This document shows, one piece after another, positions 8,343-19,833 of a stretch of DNA of 64,000 nucleotides. The stretch is from Candidatus Cloacimonadota bacterium (lineage in GTDB: Bacteria; Cloacimonadota; Cloacimonadia; JGIOTU-2), in NCBI GenBank assembly GCA_016932035.1, contig JAFGDR010000023.1:9775-73774 (forward strand), read 5' to 3'. The position numbers and the translations under genes are program-made. The first letter of the stretch is position 1; every line of letters begins with the position of its first letter. The notes under the pieces were generated by a model. That model worked only from the letters and a program-made list of their open reading frames with translations. It was not told where the DNA came from and did no database searches.

Positions 8343-11338
8343 TGAAGAGTAAATTGTTCGCTTGTTTAGTTCTTTTCTTATTCATATCAACATTCCTATA
8401 TTCATCACATCGGGGACAAATCATTGAGGATTTTGAGAGAGGTTCGATCTCATTACAATCATATCCCGGGCAGGATCTTGATCCCGATGACTGGTGCCTG
8501 GATTCATTAAATACATATAATAATTCGCAGTACTCTCTCAAATTATTTGGAAATACCTGGAAAGTCGAACCAATCGTTCCGATACAAATTGATACAAACT
8601 CAGTTTGGTCTATTTCTGCGTACATAGAGACCAAAGGCGAGATACATGGATTCGGTATTATGGATTCAACGAATGTTCTCATGTATTCATTGGACGGAAG
8701 CGAAGAACTTGATATCGAAGAATTCATAACTGTTTATCAGGGTACTTTCCCGGAACAGGAGTGGGATACATACATGCTGCCGGTTGCTGATGACTGGTTT
8801 GCGTGGTTCGAGTATTATCCAACCATTACAGCACTCCTCTTCATCAATGATCTCGATACTGATCCGGATGGCGTGGTCTATTTTGATGATATTATCAATA
8901 TTACGGAAGATCTTCCTATAATTCCTGATGTCGAAATATGGTCATCTCAGGGGAAAGAATACACAGATAAGTTTGGAAACCGCAATCTTGATGTTCAGTT
9001 CTACTCAGATGTCTTCGACCCGGATAGTGACATCCTTAGCTATCATTGGGATTTTGGAGATGGAGATACCAGTTCTGTAGAAAATCCAGCACACACCTAT
9101 AATATTTATGATGATCACTCTTACAATGTATTACTCGAAGTGACAGATGATACAGGCATGATCGGAAGGGGGAATTGCCAGATCGTGCCGGAACCGGGAA
9201 CATCATCATTTCCTATTACTATGAACTTCGTAGGGGATATTCTCCTTGCGAGAGGATATGAAAATGCAGGTGGAATCATTCAAACCTATGGCGTAGAAGC
9301 AATCTTTGAACCAACACTTCACTTATTGGGAAATGCAGCAGATGTGACTGTGGCAAATCTGGAATGTCCACTCACTGATCAGGGAACCCATCATCCGACA
9401 AAGCCGATTTATTTTCGGGGAGATCCTGATAATGTAGATGGGCTCGTGTACGCAGGTGTGGATATCGTAACGCTCGCAAACAATCACATCCTTGATTATA
9501 TGCTTACCGGCATGCAGCAGACGCAGGATGTTTTAAATCAAAACGGGATTCTGTCATCGGGTGCAGGTGCAGATTCCTATGAAGCATATACACCGATTCT
9601 TTATACACAGAATGGGATCACGTTTGCCTTTCTTGCATCAAGCGACAGAACCGGACAGTATAATAATTATCAGCCATATTTGAATGCCGGATTCAATAAG
9701 CCGGGATTTGCCTATCTCACACCGTACTATCTCACGCAGCAAATAGATGAAGTGGATGACATATCGGATTATCAGATCATCGAAATGCATGCAGGAAGTG
9801 AATATTCGCTTGCTCCGGGTGGTGAGTATGACAAATCAGAAGAGCTTAATCCTTATCAGGATGAGGGATACAATCCAAAGGCAGATATTCCGCATATGTG
9901 GGATAGAGCAATTCGGCAACATGCCATCGATTCCGGTGCTGATCTTGTGATCTGTCATCATCCGCACATTATTCAGGGTTTCGAGGTGTATAATAACAAA
10001 CTGATCGCTCATTCACTTGGTAATTTTGTATTTGACCTGACCTATCCTGAAACCATGCCGACCATGATACTCAATGCAAAAATAAATGAGAACGATTTTT
10101 ATGATTATTGTGTAAAACCAGCATTCATCGATGACTGGATACCGCAGCCGGCTTTGGGCGAATTCGGTCTGCATATTTTAGACTATCTCGCATTCCGTTC
10201 AAAAGAACTCGATACATACATGTATGTAAATCGAGATAGTGTGTACGGAAGGATTATCCTCGACACACTCTCAATGGATATTCTAACGCATGTAAAAACA
10301 GAGAATGTTTCGTTAGAGCTGGAAAATGATAGATACATTTCAGATCCTCAGCGAATTGATCATATGGGCAATATATCTATGATGAGTTCTATTACTCCAC
10401 AGAGAAATTGGGAATATCGAGTTGGAAGAGATTTGGTCTGGTTTGGCAATATGGAGGATGAGGGATGTACCATGTGGGACATGAACGAATCAGATGAGTT
10501 TTATGACAATACAGTTTTTTTTGAAGGTGAAAGATCGATCGCGCATACATGGGATGAAAATAATTATTACAACCTTTCAACTAATCTTGAAGGAAGGATT
10601 CGAAGATATTCCGATTCCACAAATTATTCATTAAGCGGCTATATCAAAACACACGATGCGAAGGCAGTTTCGATACAGATCAGGTATTATCAATATCGTT
10701 GGTACACTACAATGCTTGGCTCGGAATATATTTCAGATTGGATAAGTGGAGATACCGACTGGACATATTATCATAAAGAACTCACCGTACCCGAGCTTAC
10801 GAGTTATTTTGATATTTTACTCGTATCACAACCTCCATATAATGGAACATCATACGCTTGGTTTGATAATGTGGGATTGATCGAGTGGGGTGATTGGAAA
10901 TCGCAGATAAATGAGCCAATGATATCGAATCCAAATGATTATTATTTTTACCAGATTCGAACTAATGAGCAGATTGCCGGTGCAACGGTCAAATATGAAG
11001 AAAATTCTTACGGACCGCTCCCGAATGTTAGTATAGATGATAATCCACATAATCCTGAAATAATATCGAATCTTAAGAATTTTCCTAACCCATTTAATAA
11101 TTCGACCAATATCTCCTTTTCGATGAAAACAAATCTTTCAGATTGTAAAATCAAAATATTTAATGTAAAAGGTCAGTTTGTACGAGAATTGGGATTTAGG
11201 GATCTGGATTTTGGATCTAGTGTTGTTTGGGATGGGAAGGATATGTTAGGGAAAAATGCAGCGAATGGAATATATTTCTATTCAGTATTTGAGAAGAACA
11301 GATTTTTGGCGACTGAAAAATGCTTGTTATTAAGATAA
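8342..11338 (+). CDS. Secreted CapA/PGA_cap-family metallophosphoesterase with PKD domain and T9SS/FlgD-Ig CTD
   Basis: Motifs FVGDILL, ANLECP, LANNHILDY, MHAGSEY, HHPHIIQ and SLGNFVFD; PKD signature YHWDFGDG...NPAHTY; CTD motif. Confidence 0.85.
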   Translation: MKSKLFACLVLFLFISTFLYSSHRGQIIEDFERGSISLQSYPGQDLDPDDWCLDSLNTYNNSQYSLKLFGNTWKVEPIVPIQIDTNSVWSISAYIETKGEIHGFGIMDSTNVLMYSLDGSEELDIEEFITVYQGTFPEQEWDTYMLPVADDWFAWFEYYPTITALLFINDLDTDPDGVVYFDDIINITEDLPIIPDVEIWSSQGKEYTDKFGNRNLDVQFYSDVFDPDSDILSYHWDFGDGDTSSVENPAHTYNIYDDHSYNVLLEVTDDTGMIGRGNCQIVPEPGTSSFPITMNFVGDILLARGYENAGGIIQTYGVEAIFEPTLHLLGNAADVTVANLECPLTDQGTHHPTKPIYFRGDPDNVDGLVYAGVDIVTLANNHILDYMLTGMQQTQDVLNQNGILSSGAGADSYEAYTPILYTQNGITFAFLASSDRTGQYNNYQPYLNAGFNKPGFAYLTPYYLTQQIDEVDDISDYQIIEMHAGSEYSLAPGGEYDKSEELNPYQDEGYNPKADIPHMWDRAIRQHAIDSGADLVICHHPHIIQGFEVYNNKLIAHSLGNFVFDLTYPETMPTMILNAKINENDFYDYCVKPAFIDDWIPQPALGEFGLHILDYLAFRSKELDTYMYVNRDSVYGRIILDTLSMDILTHVKTENVSLELENDRYISDPQRIDHMGNISMMSSITPQRNWEYRVGRDLVWFGNMEDEGCTMWDMNESDEFYDNTVFFEGERSIAHTWDENNYYNLSTNLEGRIRRYSDSTNYSLSGYIKTHDAKAVSIQIRYYQYRWYTTMLGSEYISDWISGDTDWTYYHKELTVPELTSYFDILLVSQPPYNGTSYAWFDNVGLIEWGDWKSQINEPMISNPNDYYFYQIRTNEQIAGATVKYEENSYGPLPNVSIDDNPHNPEIISNLKNFPNPFNNSTNISFSMKTNLSDCKIKIFNVKGQFVRELGFRDLDFGSSVVWDGKDMLGKNAANGIYFYSVFEKNRFLATEKCLLLR

Positions 11339-11416
11339 GAATATCGAATGATAATTAAGGATTTATTAAAATCAAAATCTTCAATCGGTGTTCGATGTTG
11401 TTAAATCAAAAGGTGA

Positions 11417-12430
<1,014 letters not shown>

Positions 12431-12457
12431 TATGTATTTGTATGAATGGAGTAATTG

Positions 12458-13564
12458 ATGGAAAAATCTGAATACTATGACTGGCTACGTATAGTTACCG
12501 TAAAAGGACTCGGCTCAGAAACAATACAAAAACTTCTTACAAAATATCATAATCCCGGCAAAATTTTCAAAACATCAAAGGACGAGTTAATAGAAATATC
12601 TTATATTCCCCAGAAGGTAGTTGAGAATATTATCCATTTCGACCAACAAGAATTTGTGGAACGTCAATCTCAACTACTCGAAAAACATAATGTACATCTT
12701 ATCTCTATCCTTGATGATGAATATCCTCGATTGCTGAAATACATATACAATCCACCGATATTGCTCTATATAAAAGGTCAACTGCTGCCCGAAGACGAAC
12801 TTGCTTTCGCGGTCGTAGGAACACGAAAGCCAACACAATATGGTAAGATAGCTGTAAGAAAAATAGTACCGAAACTTACACTGTCAGGTTTTACGATAGT
12901 AAGCGGTCTCGCATACGGTATTGATGCTGCAGCTCATGAAGAAGCTTTACAAACAGGTGGAAGGACAATTGCTGTTTTTGGAACAGGACTGGACATAATA
13001 TATCCTACAGCTAACAGAAAACTTGCTGATAGAGTGTTAGCAAATGGAGCATTAATATCAGAGATTCCTCTTGGAGAGAAAATTGAAGCATGGAATTTCG
13101 CAAATAGAAATCGTATAATCAGCGGGATGAGTAAAGGCACTTTAGTTGTGGAGGGTGCTAAAACGAGTGGTGCATTATTAACTGCAAAATATGCATTAGA
13201 ACAGAATCGGGATGTGTATGCAATACCTGGAAATATTAACTCACCTCAGAGCGAAGGTCCTAATTATCTCATAAAGATAGGTGCAAAAATAGTCAGTTGC
13301 TCAGAGGATATTCTCGAAGAATATCAACTGACATTACAATTAACAAGCGACTCAAAACAGAAAGTCGAGAAACCAAAAGTAAAACTTTCTGATGAAGAAG
13401 ATCAAATTTACAAACTTCTCATAAAGAATGAGAAAAATCTTAGTTTAGATCGAATGGTGGAACTCACAGGAGAGAATCCCTCAAAGCTATCGAGTATCCT
13501 GCTTCAAATGGAATTCAAAGGGCTGATAAAACGAGGTGCTCAGAATCGTTACTGGCTTGTCTAA
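12458..13564 (+). CDS. dprA: DNA-processing protein DprA (Smf)
   Basis: AVVGTR, IVSGLAYGIDAAAH, F..RNRIISG and SGALLTA motifs, C-terminal winged helix. Start is TTG 12455 or ATG 12458. Confidence 0.95.
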   Translation: MEKSEYYDWLRIVTVKGLGSETIQKLLTKYHNPGKIFKTSKDELIEISYIPQKVVENIIHFDQQEFVERQSQLLEKHNVHLISILDDEYPRLLKYIYNPPILLYIKGQLLPEDELAFAVVGTRKPTQYGKIAVRKIVPKLTLSGFTIVSGLAYGIDAAAHEEALQTGGRTIAVFGTGLDIIYPTANRKLADRVLANGALISEIPLGEKIEAWNFANRNRIISGMSKGTLVVEGAKTSGALLTAKYALEQNRDVYAIPGNINSPQSEGPNYLIKIGAKIVSCSEDILEEYQLTLQLTSDSKQKVEKPKVKLSDEEDQIYKLLIKNEKNLSLDRMVELTGENPSKLSSILLQMEFKGLIKRGAQNRYWLV

Positions 13565-13600
13565 AAAAAAGACCTTTGAGGTATGTAACCACAAAGGTCT
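13563..13600 (-). terminator. Terminator between convergent dprA and groES
   Basis: Hairpin AAGACCTTTG...CAAAGGTCTT preceded by an A-run, which is the U-tract on the minus strand. Confidence 0.7.
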
Positions 13601-13618
13601 TGGTTAATAATTACTAAC

Positions 13619-13888
13619 TTATTCGATAATTCCTAAGATATCGGAACGTTGCACGATGAGATATTTTTTACCTTCAAGTTCGATCTCAGTGCCACCATAT
13701 TTTGCATAAACAACCTTATCACCCTTTTTCACGAGTTTCTGCAGGTCTTCATCATTTCCAACTGCAATGATCTTGCCGATCTGTGGTTTTTCTTTTGCTG
13801 TGTCTGGGATGATAATGTTACCGATTTTCTTTTCTTCCGATTCAATTGTCTCAAGAAGAACGCGATCATCAATAGGTTTAATTTTCAT
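13619..13888 (-). CDS. groES: Co-chaperonin GroES
   Basis: MKIKPIDDRVL...IIIPDTAKEKPQ.G...GDKVVYAKYGGTE...SDILGI. The GGAGG RBS favours the ATG at 13888 over 13912. Confidence 0.95.
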   Translation of the reverse strand: MKIKPIDDRVLLETIESEEKKIGNIIIPDTAKEKPQIGKIIAVGNDEDLQKLVKKGDKVVYAKYGGTEIELEGKKYLIVQRSDILGIIE

Positions 13889-13927
13889 TATACCTCCGTT
13901 ATGATTTTTCATTTTGATTTATAGAAA

Positions 13928-13956
13928 AATGTATGGTGCAACAGAAGATGCGTCAA
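13928..13956 (-). promoter_or_regulatory. sigma70-type promoter of groES
   Basis: TTGACG-17 nt-TACATT on the minus strand. Confidence 0.6.
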
Positions 13957-13982
13957 GAATTTTTTTATGATAATATAAAAAA

Positions 13983-14009
13983 TTAGCAATGAGCTGAAAA
14001 GTTTGCTAA
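13983..14009. promoter_or_regulatory. Degenerate CIRCE (HrcA operator)
   Basis: TTAGCAATG-N9-GTTTGCTAA versus consensus TTAGCACTC-N9-GAGTGCTAA; exact 27-bp geometry, upstream of groES. Confidence 0.65.
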
Positions 14010-14119
14010 ATTCCAGTTTTTCAAATGCAAAAATATTTCTAAAATTCAAAACTCCTGAAAATGTATGCTTAATACTTGACCAATAATTTATCTTTTGATG
14101 AAGAAATCAAAAGGTTTAT

Positions 14120-16267
14120 ATGATTAGAAAACTCATTTTAATTGGATATTTGTTTCTTTCTTTTGGAAGTACTCTCGCGAGTTCTTCATTAAAAGAGGTG
14201 TATGAAGTTGCTCCTGCATATGATGATTATGATAAATACATGGTATTGGAAACAGGTGTTACATACACGGGCGGCTTGCTGATCGGAAAGATATTCGATC
14301 CCATAACTGCTGAACTTTCTGATGAGATCGGGATGGATGTAAGGATCGTTGGGAACGGTGCAATACTTAATCTTCAGGGCGAAGAGATCTGCATTTCATA
14401 TTGCACGAATAAACTCGATATAGACAATTGTATCATCATCAATGGAAATATACGGTATCGCGGCATCAATCTTCCTCCTGACGAGATATATCCTTCAGGA
14501 TATGTAAAATACTGTACATTTTTTAAACCTCAAGATTATGGAATACGATTACAAGGAGCTGGTGGAAATATCACTATAGCGAGAAACCTGATTGTCGACG
14601 CAGTAGATACAGGTTGGGATTTTCATTATCTGCATGGTACCTCACTTGAATATTTACCAACTGGAGCAAATGTCTGCATCAGTGTCTTTTATTCAACCTA
14701 TGGAGTTCCTGTTCTGCTGAATAACTGGTCGTTTCATTCCGATCCTGTTGTAAATGCGGACTTGACCAAACATTTTGTCGCACTTTGCGAGTATGGCTGA
14801 ACCGTTCCGCAGGTGGTCAGTTGGGCTGCATCAAGTAATATAATTGGTATCGATCCTCAACTTATTGATCCGGAGAATGGAGATTATCGAGTGATACCCG
14901 GTTCTCCAGCAGAAGGATATGGTTGCCAAATATTTTCAGACGAGAGAATCAATTTTTATGACGATTCAAAAAAAGCATCCTTAACTTACGAAAAGTATAA
15001 CAAGAGAAATTCCATAGAAGTATCTGGAATCATTAATGAGCATACATTCTGGCAGGCAGATACGATAAAAGTAATAGGAGATATCAAAATTGCAGACCAA
15101 ACGATTCTCACAATAGCACCTTCAACGAGGATCGAATTCCAGGATTTTTATTCTATCGATTGCAAAGGAAGTATAGAGGCAATAGGGAAAGCTGACGGAA
15201 GAATAATTTTTACATCTGCTCATCCGGAGTACTTTATACCTGATTCATCAACGACTGGAGCCTGGAATTGTATCAGGTTTCATAATACTTCTCCGTTAAA
15301 TGATAGATCATTCTTCGCATATTGTGATTTCGAATATTCAAAAGCTTTTGACGATTCAGTAAAAGGTGGTGTGTTTTCATTATATAACTATTCTAATTTA
15401 CTCGTTGAAAATTGCTCCTTTACTCAAAATTGTGCAGACTATGGATCGGTATTAGGTGTGGATTATCAATCATCTCCTTGGATAATTGGCTGCATTTTTG
15501 ACAAAAATTATGCTTTTATTGGCGGTTCACCAATCTATAGTGCCTATTCTTTTCCGAGATTGTTCAATAATACAATCGTTGATAACTATGTACTAAATAA
15601 TGATATAAATTACCGAACAGGTGCAGTGCAGTCATTCATTTCAAAACCTCGAATCATAAATAACATTATATGGGATAATGCTACTCAGTACATTGTCCAA
15701 GGTCAAATAACTGAATGTAAAGATTTCTATACATCATATAATATCATAGAATACGGTCATGGGGGAGAAGGCAACATCGATGACAATCCTCTTTTTGACT
15801 ATTATGCTGAATATCCCTATTCACTTTCTCATAACTCACCGTGTATAAATACAGGAACACTTGATACGATGAATCTTTATCTTCCTTTATTAGATTTTAC
15901 AGGTAATGATAGAATCTATGGCGGTAGGATCGATATGGGAGCGTTGGAATGGCAGGGATATGCTGTTGAAGATGAAATGCAGATCAAATCGATCATCACT
16001 GCGTATCCCAATCCTTTCTCGACCTCGACGACAATATCATATGCACCCGCGAATTTGCGCGAATCAACACGAATTAAAATTTACAACATAAAGGGGCAGC
16101 TTGTGCGCACTCTCAATGTTTCCTCGTTCCCGAACCCCACTTTGGGAATGTGTGAAGTAGTTTGGGATGGGACTGATGAGGATGGGATAGATTTACAAAG
16201 CGGTGTATATTTGTACAGATTAGGTGAAAGCAATCATATAACAGGAAAGGTTATCAAGACACGTTAG
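14120..16267 (+). CDS. Secreted parallel beta-helix protein with T9SS/FlgD-Ig CTD, read as one 715-aa ORF with an in-frame TGA at 14798-14800 (candidate selenoprotein)
   Basis: ORFs 14120-14800 and 14813-16267 share a frame: TGC GAG TAT GGC TGA ACC GTT CCG CAG GTG. The signal peptide is only in part 1, the CTD only in part 2, and there is no clear RBS before 14813. Confidence 0.7.
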
Positions 16268-16271
16268 ATAG

Positions 16272-16298
16272 AAAAAATGCCCTAAATAATAGGGCATT
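16272..16298. terminator. Probably bidirectional terminator
   Basis: AATGCCCTA-AATAA-TAGGGCATT hairpin with an upstream A-tract, between convergent genes. Confidence 0.7.
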
Positions 16299-16323
16299 AT
16301 ATTATCATCAAATTATATAAATT

Positions 16324-19300
16324 CTATTCCAATCTATTACCAGACAGATCTCTCCAGAAAAGTATCAGATCCAGATCATCATCAATAGCAATAATCCGAT
16401 AATAGGATTCTGTATATGTTTGGGCTGCGTTTACATGAGTAAATGAATTTGTAGCAGAGGATCCAAGATATGTAAATCCTGTATAGGGATCAGTTGAATG
16501 TTGAATAGTATAATTGTCAGATCCAGGAGTTATTTCCCAACCTAAATCAAAATCATTACCATTTTTTGAAAGAGTAACCCATGCGGGAGGTCGTGGTCCT
16601 GCTGAAGGATCTACATAAAAACTTCGTACGCTGGAATACGTACTCAATCCGTAAGAATCTGTTGCTTTGACTGTCCAATAGAATAGATTTCCTGGCTGAC
16701 AGAATGGAGTATATACACCAGTTTCAGTAGTTACAGCAGAATCAGGATCGGAAAATGCTGCAGTTACATCGAGATATACTGTATAATAAATGCTATCACC
16801 CGGATCGGGATCTGTTGCTGCATTCCAGGTTAGCATAACTGATGTTTCGTAGACTGTTGCGTCGTTTAGCGGAGAAATCAATGTGAAGTCATTTGGAGGA
16901 TCAATTACAAAAACATCAAAATACCAGTCCTGTTGATTGGAATTGGTTTCCAGTCCAATAAGGTCATAAGCTGTAACCTTCCACCAGTACCTCGTATCAT
17001 CCTCAATTTCCTCATCACTTAAAAGGAAATGACTGGTTTCAATGTCATTAATTGTATCCTTGCTTGAAGTATTATACTTGGCTGATGTGCTTAATTCAAG
17101 ACGATATTTTACTGTATCATTTGGTGTGGGATCTATAGAAACTTCCCAATCAAGAACTGAATCAAATGACCAGAGTGTATCACCTTTTGCAGGAGAGAGC
17201 AGATCAAATAAAGAGGGTGCTTCTGATAGGGGGGTAGTAAGATAATTTCCATAATCTACATAATCACTAACTGTATCCCCAAGTCCACCAGGATTTGTCG
17301 TTGCATTATAGGGACCTGTTGGGTCACCCCACCAGTTATAGGTTGCATCTACAGTCACAGAACTTGTTGTGTTTTGTACACCACAGATAGTATTATTAAT
17401 AATTGAATTTGCATTTCCTGTGTCACCCCCGATAAGAGGATCAGCGGAAGTTGAGCAATATATTCCAATATCATTATTATTAATTGAATTTTTATAAACA
17501 TTTGGAGCAGCAAGACTGCCATAAACTTTTATTCCATAATCTTGAGCATTAGTAATAACACATTGTTTTATCAAAGGTGAGGAATTAGTACATAAGACAT
17601 TTGTAGCAGCATACTCGATTGTACATTTATCAAGTTCACATAAACCAGGATTAATGAATCTGTTGAATATTAATCCAGTCCAATCACCGGGTGTTTCGGT
17701 TTTACCGGTAAATGTAACACCGCTAGCTTCAAGTGATCCAAGATATGAGCCATTTGTAGTATTACCAATTGTCATATTATTTCCAGAGCCAAACAATAAA
17801 GTAATTCCGGAATTCATTATTAAATGTGGATTAGTATCATTCCAGACATCAATGTCTCCATAAACATCATAAGGAATTCCCTGGTTTATCCATTCTGTGT
17901 CATAATTTATTTTATCACCAGATACATAGATTTGATCAGGATTATTTCCAGAATAAACATTATTCTCTTTCAGACAGGCTAAGTCGGAAGCATATACTTT
18001 TATAGGATGTTCAGTATTATTGTAAAATCTGCAATTTATTACTTCGGGTAAGGGATCACCCTCAGTAATATCATTAATCCTTAAACCGAACCCATCGTTA
18101 TTCTGGAAAGTAACATGATGTAAAGTGGGAGCTGATTGAGTTATGATAATTCCTGCATTATAAGTATCAGCATAACCGCCATATTCAACAATACAGTCTG
18201 TTAAGCTACAGTTTGCATCATCACAAAAATTAGCAAAAAATATCCCCCTATGAATAACGCCAACATCTGATCGAGTAAAGGTTACGCCTTCCGCTGTTAA
18301 TGATCCTTGATATGAAGCGTTGGTAGTATTCCCGACTTGAATGTAATCTCCATCTTGTAATTGTATAGTGCAACCTGACATAATTTGTAGATGAGGATTT
18401 GTGGTCCCATGAATGAGGAAGGAATCAGTTATTAAATATGGAATTCCATGATCATTCCAGGTTTGTGATTCATCCAATACTCCGTTTCTCACTTCGATAA
18501 CATCAGATCCATTTCCGGTAAGATTATTATTTGGTCCGATTGATCCTGCGTCATTTGCATAGATCGATATGGGATATTCTGTATTCCCGGAGATTGTATT
18601 ACCAGAAATAGTTGGTCGACTACCATTATCTATATACAATCCGTCTCCTTGTCCATCTAAAATCTGACAACCTGTTATAGTTTGTTGAGAGAAAGTTTCA
18701 TGAGTAGTTATAAAAACAGACCTACTAGAATAACCGTAACCTGCGTTCTTAATAGTACAGCCGGATAATACTCCACCATTTGTATAATTATTAAAAATCA
18801 ATCCATTCCAGTAACCGGTGGTGTCCACAGATCCGATAAATTCAACACCGGTTGCATTAAGGGTTCCCCAATAAGATGCATTTGAAACGTTACCAATTGT
18901 GAAATCTTTATTGGCTGCAAATTTGAGTACAGTACCATATCCGATATTTAAAGTAACACCCCCTTCAGTAAATAAGTTTAGATCACCAGTAATATAATAC
19001 GGAATTCCCTGGTTTATCCAAATCTGATCATCTGATATTGATTCTCCATAAACAAAAATCTCATTTGTCCCATTCCCGGAAAAAGTGTTTCCTGTTCCAA
19101 GTGCAGAAATATCATTAGCATACATTTGAATAGGATAATCAGTGTTTCCGTTAAACGAACAATTAGTAATATCGGGTCGAATTGAATTATCAGATAGGTT
19201 TGTGAAAATTATACCGGCCCCAAAATTATTTTGAAAGGTAACATTGTCAGTTGTAACTGCTGTATCATGAATGTATAAACCACAGTGATTTGATGCTGCA

Positions 19301-19704
19301 CCACCATATTCAATTGTAGCATATTCGAGTTGTCAATTTGCATCTATACAACAATTTCTGAATTCGATGTAGTCCCAGTCACCCGGAGCAGGTGCTGCAG
19401 CATTTGAAGTGAAAGTTATCAGACTGTCTTCTGTTCCCACTGCAATCAAACCTCCTGCATAACTGGGATTTGATGCATTCCCAATAATCATAGTTTTTCC
19501 CGGATCAAATTTTACGATCACACCAGGTTTTAAAGTTAAAGTTGGAAGTGAAATAGAACTTATTGTAATGTCACCAGTGCAGATATGAGGATTATCATCA
19601 GCATACCAGGTTTCATCAGTTGAAATCGTGCCCGAATGATAGGTTTGTGAATAACAATAATAACAGATAAAAAGAAACAAAATAATAATAACAATTTTTT
19701 TCAT
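16324..19704 (-). CDS. Secreted right-handed beta-helix repeat protein with C-terminal Fn3/Ig-like domains; single 1126-aa frame interrupted by TGA at 19335-19333 (readthrough, pseudogene or sequence error)
   Basis: The 123-aa ORF with the signal peptide continues in frame through 69 open codons (QLEYATIEYGG...DYPIQ) into the 933-aa ORF. Repeats W..qGIPY...G.W.Gl.F...C.IEYG recur. Confidence 0.7.
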
Positions 19705-19833
19705 TTTTTTCTCCTTTTAAAGTTCATAATAAATGACTTATATTACACTTCAGAAAATATTTACTTAAAAAGTCAATTATTTTTATTGAAATAAATTCTC
19801 AAAAATTATTGAGATAAACGTGTAATTTTTTCA

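Noticed and set aside
17873..19020. Exact 20-bp direct repeat GGAATTCCCTGGTTTATCCA (17873 and 19001) as an att site or CRISPR repeat
   Set aside because: Both copies encode WINQGIP in protein repeats; there are only two copies and no spacers or integrase.
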